From assembly GCA_040954595.2 (NCBI GenBank), contig CM082591.2, forward strand, positions 10,867,309-10,931,308: a DNA stretch of 64,000 nucleotides, given 5' to 3'. The notes beneath the pieces are model-generated. The model saw only the letters and a program-made list of their open reading frames with translations, was not told where the DNA came from and searched no databases. The DNA comes from Balanoglossus misakiensis. Its lineage: Eukaryota; Animalia; Hemichordata. Shown here in pieces: positions 11,101 to 22,359 of this stretch. Position numbers and translations under genes: made by a program. Each line of letters starts with the position of its first letter. Positions within the stretch are counted from its first letter, which is position 1.

Positions 11101-11296
11101 ACACAGGGATCTCAAAGTTGGGGACATCGTGCTAGTAATTTCACCCGGAACTTCGCGTGGTAATTGGCCAATGGGAAGGATTATTCGTGTACAGCCCGGA
11201 AAGGATGGACATGTGCGCGTGGTTGATGTACAAGTGGGATCTAGCATATTGACTCGTCCTATATCAAAATTGTGTCCTTTAGAATTTGATGAATAA
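8186..11296 (+). CDS. pol: Remainder of polyprotein: Gag C-terminus with three zinc knuckles, aspartyl protease, (RT-RNase H deleted), integrase. Frame is open from 8117; the TTG start is probably not real
   Basis: CKFCSDLHGVWKC / CYRCLGDDHQDKMC / CGINGCRDTHNRLLH (8501-8701); ALLDDASTKTY (D at 8984); LIGIDY and PIARLTPLGW; HEEGKH...CNEC (10199-10318); VDFAGP (D 10415), SDNGGNF (D 10607), GGVHE (E 10757); LTPNHFL, RWRRVQELVRHFWHRW, RPISKLCPL. No YxDD or RNase H FxDAS motif. Confidence 0.92.
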   Translation: MKEAGRHDELGHGSLYVKLQKKMTRTMLAQYHRWLYERRKDESVEVLREWINQEAEFQTIAYETVEGVRDKAGVGEYKKQNSARTFFGHTEETYANNKPRDGRRRCKFCSDLHGVWKCGEFKKMDAVKRWDFAKRTRLCYRCLGDDHQDKMCPRTRICGINGCRDTHNRLLHKNDIQVRSTGTTTRDDKPYNCGKRETSTIPREYRGATSSSTASSLTEEEHRRKPDQVSTTMMSNTPTQSRFTTLRTVPVILKNGRRRIKVNALLDDASTKTYINANIAAELGLQGEPERVAVNVLNGQIETFETMPVEIGLESLNGSIDMNVIAFTTEKVTGDMQIRDWSRHAGRWEHLQCIDFPKLGPHPTIYMLIGIDYSDLHYSFKDVRGLPGEPIARLTPLGWTCIGNTRGESNQTNFAHTYFVKQSTELADINRTPRQFGEIENIADNTDIPVLCNEGQAAVDKVQRSHRFVDGRYQEATPRKDDAPKLPTNYEKAKQRLQNTERRLLKKMRKGVRHTPGPLTMPENRSHMNIALVTPEADKDSSWRLNPERFSSWQRLKRITAWVNRFLENSRVPKSQRIKGELAQEELENAEVQIVKKTQMQAFPEEYVGLTKSKRLPRDSKLLVLQPRLDSDGLMRCDGRLKYADCLPYDARFPIILPRKHWVTRLIVKFYHEEGKHAAGTNQTLSTLSTRYWILSGREEIREWEKKCNECQRRKAKTAEQIMAPLPEIRLRKSLRAFAYTGVDFAGPFITTQGRGKRREKRYLCLFTCLGTRAVHLEMAVGLDTDSFLNAFYRMCNRRGVPTEIVSDNGGNFVGADKELRQLVGLLDQDKIQRETANRGIKWQFNPPLAPHFGGVHETMIKAAKRAIYAILGNADVTDEELMTAFTGAEALLNSRPLTYQSASPADDTPLTPNHFLHGQIGGQFAPESVDTTDFSPRKRWRRVQELVRHFWHRWMREWLPSLNTRKKWLHPHRDLKVGDIVLVISPGTSRGNWPMGRIIRVQPGKDGHVRVVDVQVGSSILTRPISKLCPLEFDE

Positions 11297-11383
11297 TTGC
11301 AATAAGAACTCTTATTTATTTCTCTGAATTTCAATCTTTGACATTTAAAGACTTTCGCTGTTTCGATATGCTAGTAGCACATC

Positions 11384-11395
11384 GAGGAGGAGGAG
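11384..11395 (+). promoter_or_regulatory. Polypurine tract
   Basis: GAGGAGGAGGAG followed by TA and then the TG of the 3' LTR. Confidence 0.9.
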
Positions 11396-11397
11396 TA

Positions 11398-11646
11398 TGG
11401 AGAGAAGAGACGATGAATCTATAATGACGTTATTTGCATTTGAATAATGAACTTACCTTCTGACGATGAACCCCCCTAGCTGGACGACAAAAATATCTGA
11501 ACGTAGCATGAACGTTTTATTTAGTTGACACTATTCATTCATTTACTTGTTATGGCATATATAAATGTAATATATTTCAATTGTAAGGAGAGTGCATTTC
11601 GAGTGTATTAAAGTACTTTTCGTCGGACGAGGTCTCCTTCACTCCA
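11398..11646 (+). repeat. 3' LTR (249 bp)
   Basis: No differences from the 5' LTR found on base-by-base reading. Preceded by the PPT, followed by the TSD. Confidence 0.97.
11607..11612 (+). terminator. Candidate polyadenylation signal ATTAAA in 3' LTR (also 6793-6798 in 5' LTR)
   Basis: ATTAAA 34 nt before the LTR end. Motif only. Confidence 0.5.
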
Positions 11647-11651
11647 GCATA
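11647..11651 (+). repeat. Target-site duplication GCATA (right copy)
   Basis: CTCCA|GCATA-GGCCTATC... Confidence 0.93.
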
Positions 11652-14600
11652 GGCCTATCATGTGTTCTGCGCATCACAACATATTTCCTTAAATAAACGA
11701 GGCTGTGTTTGGAAGCAACCATGGAAATTTTAGAACTATCCGTCGATCTACAGAGTCTAGTGGAAAACTTTCTTATGTGCATAGGTCTATCATGTGTTCT
11801 GCGCATCACAACATAATTTTGAAAACAATCGAGGCTGTGTTTGGAAGCAACCATGGAAATTTTATAACTATCCGTCGATCTACAGAGTCTAGTGGAAAAC
11901 TTTCTTATGCGCATAGGCCTATCATGTGTTCTGCGCATCACAACATATTTCCTTCAATAAACGAGGCTGTGTTTGGAAGCAACCATGGAAATTTTAGAAC
12001 TATCCGTCGATCGACAGAGTCTAGTGGAAAACTTTCTTATGCGCATAGACCTATCATTTGTTCTGCGCATCACAACAGAATTTTGTAAACAAACGAGGCT
12101 GTGTTTGGAAGCAACCATAGAAACTTTAGAACTATCCGTCGATCTACAGAGTCTAGTGGAAAACTTTCTTATGCGCATAGACCTATCATGTGTTCTGCGC
12201 ATCACAACAGAATTTTGTAAACAAACGAGGCTGTGTTTCGAAGCAACCATGGAAACTTTAGAACTATCCGTCGATCTATAGAGTCCAGTGGAAAACTTTC
12301 TTATGTGCATAGGCCTATCATGTGCTCTGCGCATCACAACTGATTTCCTTAAATAACCCAGGCTGTGTTTGGAAGCATCCATGGAAATTTTAGAACTATC
12401 CGTCGATCTACCGAGTCTATCAGAAAACTTTCCCATGCGCATAGGTCTATCGTGTGTTCTGCGCATCACAACAGATTTCCTGAAATAAACGAGGCTGTGT
12501 TTGGAAGCAACCATGGAAATTTTAGAACTATCCGTCGATCTACAGAGTCTAGTGGAAAACTTTCTTATCCTCATAGACCTATCATGTGTTCTGCGCATCA
12601 CAACAGAATTTTGTAAACAAACGAGGGTGTGTTCGTAAGCAACCATGGAAACTTTATAACTATCCGTCGATCTACAGAGTCTAGTGGAAAACTTTCTTAT
12701 CCTCATAGGCCTATCATGTGTTCTGCGCATCACAACAGAATTTTGTAAACAAACGAGGCTGTGTTCGGAAGCAACCATGGAAACTTTAGAACTATCCGTC
12801 GATCTACAGAGTCTAGTGGAAAACTTTCTTATGCGCATAGACCTATCATGTGTTCTGCGCATCACAACCGATTTCCTCAAATAACCGAGGCTGTGTTTGG
12901 AAGCATCCATGGAAATTTTAGAACTATCCGTCGATCTACAGAGTCTAGTGGAAAACTTTCTTATGCGCATAGACCTATCATGTGTTCTGCGCATCACAAC
13001 ATATTTCCTTAAATAAACGAGGCTGTGTTTGGAAGCAACCATGGAAATTTTAGAACTATCCGTCGATCTACAGAGTCTAGTGGAAAACTTTCTTATGTGC
13101 ATAGGTCTATCATGTGTTCTGCGCATCACAACATAATTTTGAAAACAATCGAGGCTGTGTTTGGAAGCAACCATGGAAACTTTAGAACTATCCGTCGATC
13201 TATAGAGTCTAGTGGAAAACTTTCTTATGCGCATAGACCTATCATTTGTTCTGCGCATCACAACAGAATTTTGTAAACAAACGAGGCTGTGTTTGGAAGC
13301 AACCATGGAAACTTTAGAACTATCCGTCGATCTACAGAGTCTAGTGGAAAACTTTCTTATGCGCATAGACCTATCATGTGTTCTGCGCATCACAACAGAA
13401 TTTTGTAAACAAACGAGGCCGTGTTTGGAAGCAACCATGGAAACTTTAGAACTATCCGTCGATCTACAGAGTCTAGTGGAAAACTTTCTTATGCGCATAG
13501 ACCTATCATGTGTTCTGCGCATCACAACCGATTTCCTCAAATAACCGAGGCTGTGTTTGGAAGCATCCATGGAAATTTTAGAACTATCCGTCGATCTACA
13601 GAGTCTAGTGGAAAACTTTCTTATGCGCATAGACCTATCATGTGTTCTGCGCATCACAATAGAATTTTGTAAACAAACGAGGCCGTGTTTGGAAGCAACC
13701 ATGGAAACTTTACAACTATCCGTCGATCTACAGAGTCTAGTGGAAAACTTTCTTATGCGCATAGACCTATCATTTGTTCTGCGCATCACAACAGAATTTT
13801 GTAAACAAACGAGGCCGTGTTTGGAAGCAATCATGGAAACTTTACAACTATCCGTCGATCTACAGAGTCTAGTGGAAAACTTTCTTATGCGCATAGACCT
13901 ATCATGTGTTCTGCGCATCACAACATATTTCCTTAAATAAACGAGGCTGTGTTTGGAAGCAACCATGGAAATTTTAGAACTATCCGTCGATCTACAGAGT
14001 CTAGTGGAAAACTTTCTTATGTGCATAGGTCTATCATGTGTTCTGCGCATCACAACATAATTTTGTAAACAAACGAGGCTGTGTTTGGAAGCAACCATGG
14101 AAACTTTAGAACTATCCGTCGATCGACAGAGTCTAGTGGAAAACTTTCTTATGCGCATAGACCTATCATTTGTTCTGCGCATCACAACAGAATTTTGTAA
14201 ACAAACGAGGCCGTGTTTCGAAGCAACCATGGAAACTTTAGAACTATCCGTCAATCTACAGAGTCTAGTGGAAAACTTTCTTATGCGCATAGACCTATCA
14301 TGTGTTCTGCGCATCACAACAGAATTTTGTAAACAAACGAGGCCGTGTTTCGAAGCAACCATGGAAACTTTAGAACTATCCGTCGATCTACAGAGTCTAG
14401 AGGCAAACTTTCTTATCCTCATAGGCCTATCATGTGTTCTGCGCATCACAACAGAATTTTGTAAACAAACGAGGCTGTGTTTGGAAGCAACCATGGAAAC
14501 TTTAGTACTATCCGTCGATCTACAGAGTCTAGTGGAAAACTTTCTTATGCGCATAGACCTATCATGTGTTCTGCGCATCACAACAGAATTTTGTAAACAA

Positions 14601-17600
14601 ACGAGGCTGTGTTTCGAAGCAACCATCGAAACTTTAGAACTATCCGTCGATCTACAGAGTCTAGTGGAAAACTTTCTTATGCGCATAGGCCTATTATGTG
14701 TTCTGCGCATCACGACATATTTCCTTAAATAAACGAGGCTGTGTTTGGAAGCAACCATGGAAACTTTAGAACTATCCGTCGATCGACAGAGTCTAGTGGA
14801 AAACTTTCTTATGCGCATAGACCTATCATGTGTTCTGCGCATCACAACAGAATTTTGTAAACAAACGAGGGTGTGTTTGGAAGCAACCATGGAAACTTTA
14901 TAACTATCCGTCGATCTACAGAGTCTAGTGGAAAACTTTCTTATCCTCATAGGCCTATCATGTGTTCAGCGCATCACAACAGAATTTTGTAAACAAACGA
15001 GGCTGTGTTCGGAAGCAACCATGGAAACTTTAGAACTATCCGTCGATCTACAGAGTCTAGTGGAAAACTTTCTTATGCGCATAGACCTATCATGTGTTCT
15101 GCGCATCACAACAGAATTTTGTAAACAAACGAGGCTGTGTTTGGAAGCATCCATGGAAACTTTAGAACTATCCGTCGATCTACAGAGTCTAGTGGAAAAC
15201 TTTCTTATGCGCATAGACCTATCATGTGTTCTGCGCATCACAACAGAATTTTGTAAACAAACGAGGCTGTGTTTCGAAGCAACCATGGAAACTTTAGAAC
15301 TATCCGTCGATCTACAGAGTCTAGTGGAAAACTTTCTTATGCGCATAGGCCTATCATGTGTTCTGCGCATCACAACATATTTCCTTAAATAAACGAGGCT
15401 GTGTTTGGAAGCAACCATGGAAACTTTAGAACTATCCGTCGATCTACAGAGTCTAGTGGAAAACTTTCTTATGCGCATAGACCTATCATGTGTTCTGCGC
15501 ATCACAACAGAATTTTGTAAACAAACGAGGCTGTGTTTCGAAGCAACCATAGAAACTTTAGAACTATCCGTCGATCTACAGAGTCTAGTGAAAAACTTTC
15601 TAATGCGCATAGACCTATCATGTGTTCTGCGCATCACAACAGAATTTTGTAAACAAACGAGGCTGTGTTTCGAAGCAACCATGGAAACTTTAGAACTATC
15701 CGTCGATCTATAGAGTCCAGTGGAAAACTTTCTTATCGTCATAGGGCTATCATGTGTTCTGCGCATCACAACAGAATTTTGTAAACAAACGAGGCTGTGT
15801 TCGGAAGCAACCATGGAAACTTTAGAACTATCCGTCGATCTACAGAGTCTAGTGGAAAACTTTCTTATGCGCATAGGCCAATCATGTGTTCTGCGCATCA
15901 CAACAGAATTTTGTAAACAAACGAGGCTGTGTTTGGAAGCAACCATGGAAACTTTAGAACTATCCGTCGATCTATAGAGTCTAGTGGAAAACTTTCTTAT
16001 GCGCATAGACCTATCATTTGTTCTGCGCATCACAACAGAATTTTGTAAACAAACGAGGCTGTGTTTGGAAGCAACCATGGAAACTTTAGAACTATCCGTC
16101 GATCTACAGAGTCTAGTGGAAAACTTTCTTATGCGCATAGACCTATCATGTGTTCTGCGCATCACAATAGAATTTTGTAAACAAACGAGGCCGTGTTTGG
16201 AAGCAACCATGGAAACTTTACAACTATCCGTCGATCTACAGAGTCTAGTGGAAAACTTTCTTATCCTCATAGGCCTATCATGTGTTCTGCGCATCACAAC
16301 AGAATTTTGTAAACAAACGAGGCTGTGTTCGGAAGCAACCATGGAAACTTTAGAACTATCCGTCGATCTACAGAGTCTAGTGGAAAACTTTCTTATGCGC
16401 ATAGGCCTATCATGTGTTCTGCGCATCACAACATATTTCCTTAAATAAACGAGGCTGTGTTTGGAAGCAACCATGGAAATTTTAGAACTATCCGTCGATC
16501 TACAGAGTCTAGTGGAAAACTTTCTTATGTGCATAGGTCTATCATGTGTTCTGCGCATCACAACATAATTTTGAAAACAATTGAGGCTGTGTTTGGAAGC
16601 AACCATGGAAACTTTATAACTATCCGTCGATCTACAGAGTCTAGTGGAAAACTTTCTTATGCGCATAGGCCTATCATGTGTTCTGCGCTTCACAACATAT
16701 TTCCTTAAATAAACGAGGCTGTGTTTCGAAGCAACCATGGAAACTTTAGAACTATCCGTCGATCTACAGAGTCTAGTGGAAAACTTTCTTATGCGCATAG
16801 ACCTATCATGTGTTCTGCGCATCACAACAGAATTTTGTAAACAAACGAGGCTGTGTTTGGAAGCAACCATGGAAACTTTAGAACTATCCGTCGATCTACA
16901 GAGTCTAGTGGAAAACTTTCTTATGCGCATAGACCTATCATGTGTTCTGCGCATCACAACAGAATTTTGTAAACAAACGAGGCTGTGTTTCGAAGCAACC
17001 ATGGAAACTTTAGAACTATCCGTCGATCTACAGAGTCTAGTGGAAAACTTTCTTATGCGCATAGGCCTATCATGTGTTCTGCGCATCACAACATATTTCC
17101 TTAAATAAACGAGGCTGTGTTTGGAAGCAACCATGGAAACTTTAGAACTATCCGTCGATCTACAGAGTCTAGTGGAAAACTTTCTTATGCGCATAGACCT
17201 ATCATGTGTTCTGCGCATCACAACAGAATTTTGTAAACAAACGAGGCTGTGTTTCGAAGCAACCATAGAAACTTTAGAACTATCCGTCGATCTACAGAGT
17301 CTAGTGGAAAACTTTCTTATGCGCATAGACCTATCATGTGTTCTGCGCATCACAACAGAATTTTGTAAACAAACGAGGCTGTGTTTCGAAGCAACCATGG
17401 AAACTTTAGAACTATCCGTCGATCTATAGAGTCCAGTGGAAAACTTTCTTATCGTCATAGGGCTATCATGTGTTCTGCGCATCACAACAGAATTTTGTAA
17501 ACAAACGAGGCTGTGTTCGGAAGCAACCATGGAAACTTTAGAACTATCCGTCGATCTACAGAGTCTAGTGGAAAACTTTCTTATGCGCATAGGCCTATCA

Positions 17601-20600
17601 TGTGTTCTGCGCAACACAACATATTTCCTTAAATAAACGAGGCTGTGTTTGGAAGCAACCATGGAAATTTTAGAACTATCCGTCGATCTACAGAGTCTAG
17701 TGGAAAACTTTCTTATGTGCATAGGTCTATCATGTGTTCTGCGCATCACAACATAATTTTGAAAACAATTGAGGCTGTGTTTGGAAGCAACCATGGAAAC
17801 TTTATAACTATCCGTCGATCTACAGAGTCTAGTGGAAAACTTTCTTATGCGCATAGGCCTATCATGTGTTCTGCGCATCACAACATATTTCCATAAATAA
17901 ACGAGGCTGTGTTTGGAAGCAACCATGGAAATTTTAGAACTATCCGTCGATCGACAGAGTCTAGTGGAAAACTTTCTTATGCGCATAGACCTATCATTTG
18001 TTCTGCGCATCACAACAAAATTTTGTAAACAAACGAGGCTGTGTTTGGAAGCAACCATACAAACTTTAGAACTATCCGTCGATCTACAGAGTCCAGTGGA
18101 AAACTTTCTTATCGTCATAGGGCTATCATGTGTTCTGCGCATCACAACAGAATTTTGTAAACAAACGAGGCTGTGTTCGGAAGCAACCATGGAAACTTTA
18201 GAACTATCCGTCGATCTACAGAGTCTAGTGGAAAACTTTCTTATGCGCATAGGTCTATCATGTGTTCTGCGCATCACAACATAATTTTGAAAACAATCGA
18301 GGCTGTGTTTGGAAGCAACCATGGAAACTTTACAACTATCCGTCGATCTACAGAGTCTAGTGGAAAACTTTCTTATGCGCATAGGCCTATCATGTGTTCT
18401 GCGCATCACAACATATTTCCTTAAATAAACGAGGCTGTGTTTGGAAGCAACCATGGAAACTTTACAACTATCCGTCGATCTACAGAGTCTAGTGGAAAAC
18501 TTTCTTATGCGCATAGGCCTATCATGTGTTCTGCGCATCACAACATATTTCCTTAAATAAACGAGGCTGTGTTTGGAAGCAACCATGGAAATTTTAGAAC
18601 TATCCGTCGATCTACAGAGTCTAGTGGAAAACTTTCTTATGTGCATAGGTCTATCATGTGTTCTGCGCATCACAACATAATTTTGAAAACAATCGAGGCT
18701 GTGTTTGGAAGCAACCATGGAAACTTTAGAACTATCCGTCGATCCACAGAGTCTAGTGGAAAACTTTCTTATGCGCATAGGCCTATCATGTTTTCTGCAC
18801 ATCACAACAGAATGTTGTAAACAATCGAGGCTGTGTTTGGAAGCAACCATGGAAACTTTAGAATTATCCGTCGATCGACAGAGTCTAGTGGAAAACTTTC
18901 TTATGCGCATAGACCTATCATTTGTTCTGCGCATCACAACAGAATTTTGTAAACAAACGAGGCTGTGTTTGGAAGCAACCATAGAAACTTTAGAACTATC
19001 CGTCGATCTACAGAGTCTAGTGGAAAACTTTCTTATGCGCATAGACCTATCATGTGTTCTGCGCATCACAACAGAATTTTGTAAACAAACGAGGCTGTGT
19101 TTCGAAGCAACCATGGAAACTTTAGAACTATCCGTCGATCTATAGAGTCCAGTGGAAAACTTTCTTATCGTCATAGGGCTATCATGTGTTCTACGCATCA
19201 CAATCGATTTCCTCAAATAACCGAGGCTGTGTTTTGAAGCATCCATGGAAATTTTAGAACTATCCGTCGATCTACAGAGTCTAGTGGAAAACTTTCTTAT
19301 GTGCATAGGTCTATCATGTGTTCTGCGCATCACAACATAATTTTGTAAACAAACGAGGCTGTGTTTGGAAGCAACCATGGAAACTTTAGAACTATCCGTC
19401 GATCTACAGAGTCTAGTGGAAAACTTTCTTATGAGCATAGGCCTGTCATGTGTTCTGCGCATCACAACATATTTCCTTAAATAAACGAGGCTGTGTTTGG
19501 AAGCAACCATGGAAACTTTAGAACTATCCGTCGATCTACAGAGTCTAGTGGAAAACTTTCTTATGCGCATAGACCTATCATGTTTTCTGCGCATCACAAC
19601 AGAATTTTGTAAACAAACGAGGCTGTGTTTCGAAGCAACCATAGAAACTTTAGAACTATCCGTCGATCTACAGAGTCTAGTGGAAAACTTTCTTATGCGC
19701 ATAGACCTATCATGTGTTCTGCGCATCACAACAGAATTTTGTAAACAAACGAGGCTGTGTTTCGAAGCAACCATGGAAACTTTAGAACTATCCGTCGATC
19801 TATAGAGTCCAGTGGAAAACTTTCTTATCGTCATAGGGCTATCATGTGTTCTGCGCATCACAACAGAATTTTGTAAACAAACGAGGCTGTGTTCGGAAGC
19901 AACCATGGAAACTTTAGAACTATCCGTCGATCTACAGAGTCTAGTGGAAAACTTTCTTATGCGCATAGGCCTATCATGTGTTCTGCGCATCACAACATAT
20001 TTCCTTAAATAAACGAGGCTGTGTTTGGAAGCAACCATGGAAATTTTAGAACTATCCGTCGATCTACAGAGTCTAGTGGAAAACTTTCTTATGTGCATAG
20101 GTCTATCATGTGTTCTGCGCATCACAACATAATTTTAAAAACAATCGAGGCTGTGTTTGGAAGCAACCATGGAAACTTTACAACTATCCGTCGATCTACG
20201 GAGTCTAGTGGAAAACTTTCTTATGCGCATAGGCCTATCATGTGTTCTGCGCATCACAACATATTTCCTTAAATAAACGAGGCTGTGTTTGGAAGCAACC
20301 ATGGAAACTTTAGAACTATCCGTCGATCTACAGAGTCTAGTGGAAAACTTTCTTATGCGCATAGACCTATCATGTTTTCTGCGCATCACAACAGAATTTT
20401 GTAAACAAACGAGGCTGTGTTTCGAAGCAACCATAGAAACTTTAGAACTATCCGTCGATCTACAGAGTCTAGTGGAAAACTTTCTTATGCGCATAGACCT
20501 ATCATGTGTTCTGCGCATCACAACAGAATTTTGTAAACAAACGAGGCTGTGTTTCGAAGCAACCATGGAAACTTTAGAACTATCCGTCGATCTATAGAGT

Positions 20601-22359
20601 CCAGTGGAAAACTTTCTTATCGTCATAGGGCTATCATGTGTTCTGCGCATCACAACAGAATTTTGTAAACAAACGAGGCTGTGTTCGGAAGCAACCATGG
20701 AAACTTTAGAACTATCCGTCGATCTACAGAGTCTAGTGGAAAACTTTCTTATGCGCATAGACCTATCATGTTTTCTGCGCATCACAACATATTTCCTTAA
20801 ATAAACGAGGCTGTGTTTGGAAGCAACCATGGAAATTTTAGAACTATCCGTCGATCTACAGAGTCTAGTGGAAAACTTTCTTATGTGCATAGGTCTATCA
20901 TGTGTTCTGCGCATCACAACATAATTTTGAAAACAATCGAGGCTGTGTTTGGAAGCAACCATGGAAACTTTACAACTATCCGTCGATCTACAGAGTCTAG
21001 TGGAAAACTTTCTTATGCGCATAGGCCTATCATGTGTTCTGCGCATCACAACATATTTCCTTAAATAAACGAAGCTGTGTTTGGAAGCAACCATGGAAAT
21101 TTTAGAACTATCCGTCGATCTACAGAGTCTAGTGGAAAACTTTCTGATGTGCATAGGTCTATCATGTGTTCTGCGCATCACAACATAATTTTGAAAACAA
21201 TCGAGGCTGTGTTTGGAAGCAACCATGGAAATTTTAGAACTATCCGTCGATCCACAGAGTCTAGTGGAAAACTTTCTTATGCGCATAGGCCTATCATGTT
21301 TTCTGCGCATCACAACAGAATTTTGTAAACAAACGAGGCTGTGTTTGGAAGCAACCATGGAAACTTTAGAACTATCCGTCGATCGACAGAGTCTAGTGGA
21401 AAACTTTCTTATGTGCATAGGTCTATCATGTGTTCTGCGCATCACAACATAATTTTGAAAACAATCGAGGCTGTGTTTGGAAGCAACCATGGAAACTTTA
21501 GAACTATCCGTCGATCCACAGAGTCTAGTGGAAAACTTTCTTATGCGCATAGGCCTATCATGTTTTCTGCACATCACAACAGAATTTTGTAAACAATCGA
21601 GGCTGTGTTTGGAAGCAACCATGGAAACTTTAGAATTATCCGTCGATCGACAGAGTCTAGTGGAAAACTTTCTTATGCGCATAGACCTATCATTTGTTCT
21701 GCGCATCACAACAGAATTTTGTAAACAAACGAGGCTGTGTTTGGAAGCAACCATAGAAACTTTAGAACTATCCGTCGATCTACAGAGTCTAGTGGAAAAC
21801 TTTCTTATGCGCATAGACCTATCATGTGTTCTGCGCATCACAACAGAATTTTGTAAACAAACGAGGCTGTGTTTCGAAGCAACCATAGAAACTTTAGAAC
21901 TATCCGTCGATCTATAGAGTCCAGTGGAAAACTTTCTTATCGTCATAGGGCTATCATGTGTTCTGCGCATCACAACCGATTTCCTCAAATAACCGAGGCT
22001 GTGTTTGGAAGCATCCATGGAAATTTTAGAACTATCCGTCGATCTACAGAGTCTAGTGGAAAACTTTCTTATGTGCATAGGTCTATCATGTGTTCTGCGC
22101 ATCACAACATAATTTTGTAAACAAACGAGGCTGTGTTTGGAAGCAACCATGGAAACTTTAGAACTATCCGTCGATCCACAGAGTCTAGTGGAAAACTTTC
22201 TTATGCGCATAGGCCTATCATGTTTTCTGCACATCACAACAGAATTTTGTAAACAATCGAGGCTGTGTTTGGAAGCAACCATGGAAACTTTAGAATTATC
22301 CGTCGATCGACAGAGTCTAGTGGAAAACTTTCTTATGCGCATAGACCTATCATTTGTTC

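Larger units (their letters stand above)
6584..11646 (+). mobile_element. BEL/Pao-superfamily LTR retrotransposon, non-autonomous (RT/RNase H absent), 5,063 bp
   Basis: TG...CA LTRs, 5-bp TSD, PBS, PPT. DUF1759-like Gag, three Cys/His knuckles, aspartyl protease, H2C2 + DDE integrase and DUF5641-like C-terminus, all typical of BEL/Pao polyproteins. Confidence 0.96.

Noticed and set aside
6763-11334. Small ORFs overlapping the retrotransposon (e.g. 6778-6975, 7432-7683, 8267-8701, 8755-9246, 10885-11334)
   Set aside because: These are shadow frames of gag/pol or the LTR with no recognisable motifs; none contains RT motifs that could replace the missing domain.
11297-11383. env-like or extra ORF after integrase
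   Set aside because: Only 87 bp of AT-rich sequence lie between the stop codon and the PPT.
6584-11646. DNA transposon (Ginger-like, integrase-only) or Ty3/gypsy or copia assignment
   Set aside because: Long direct LTRs, PBS, PPT, Gag and protease show retroelement structure. The triple knuckle and DUF1759/DUF5641-like motifs are BEL/Pao-type.
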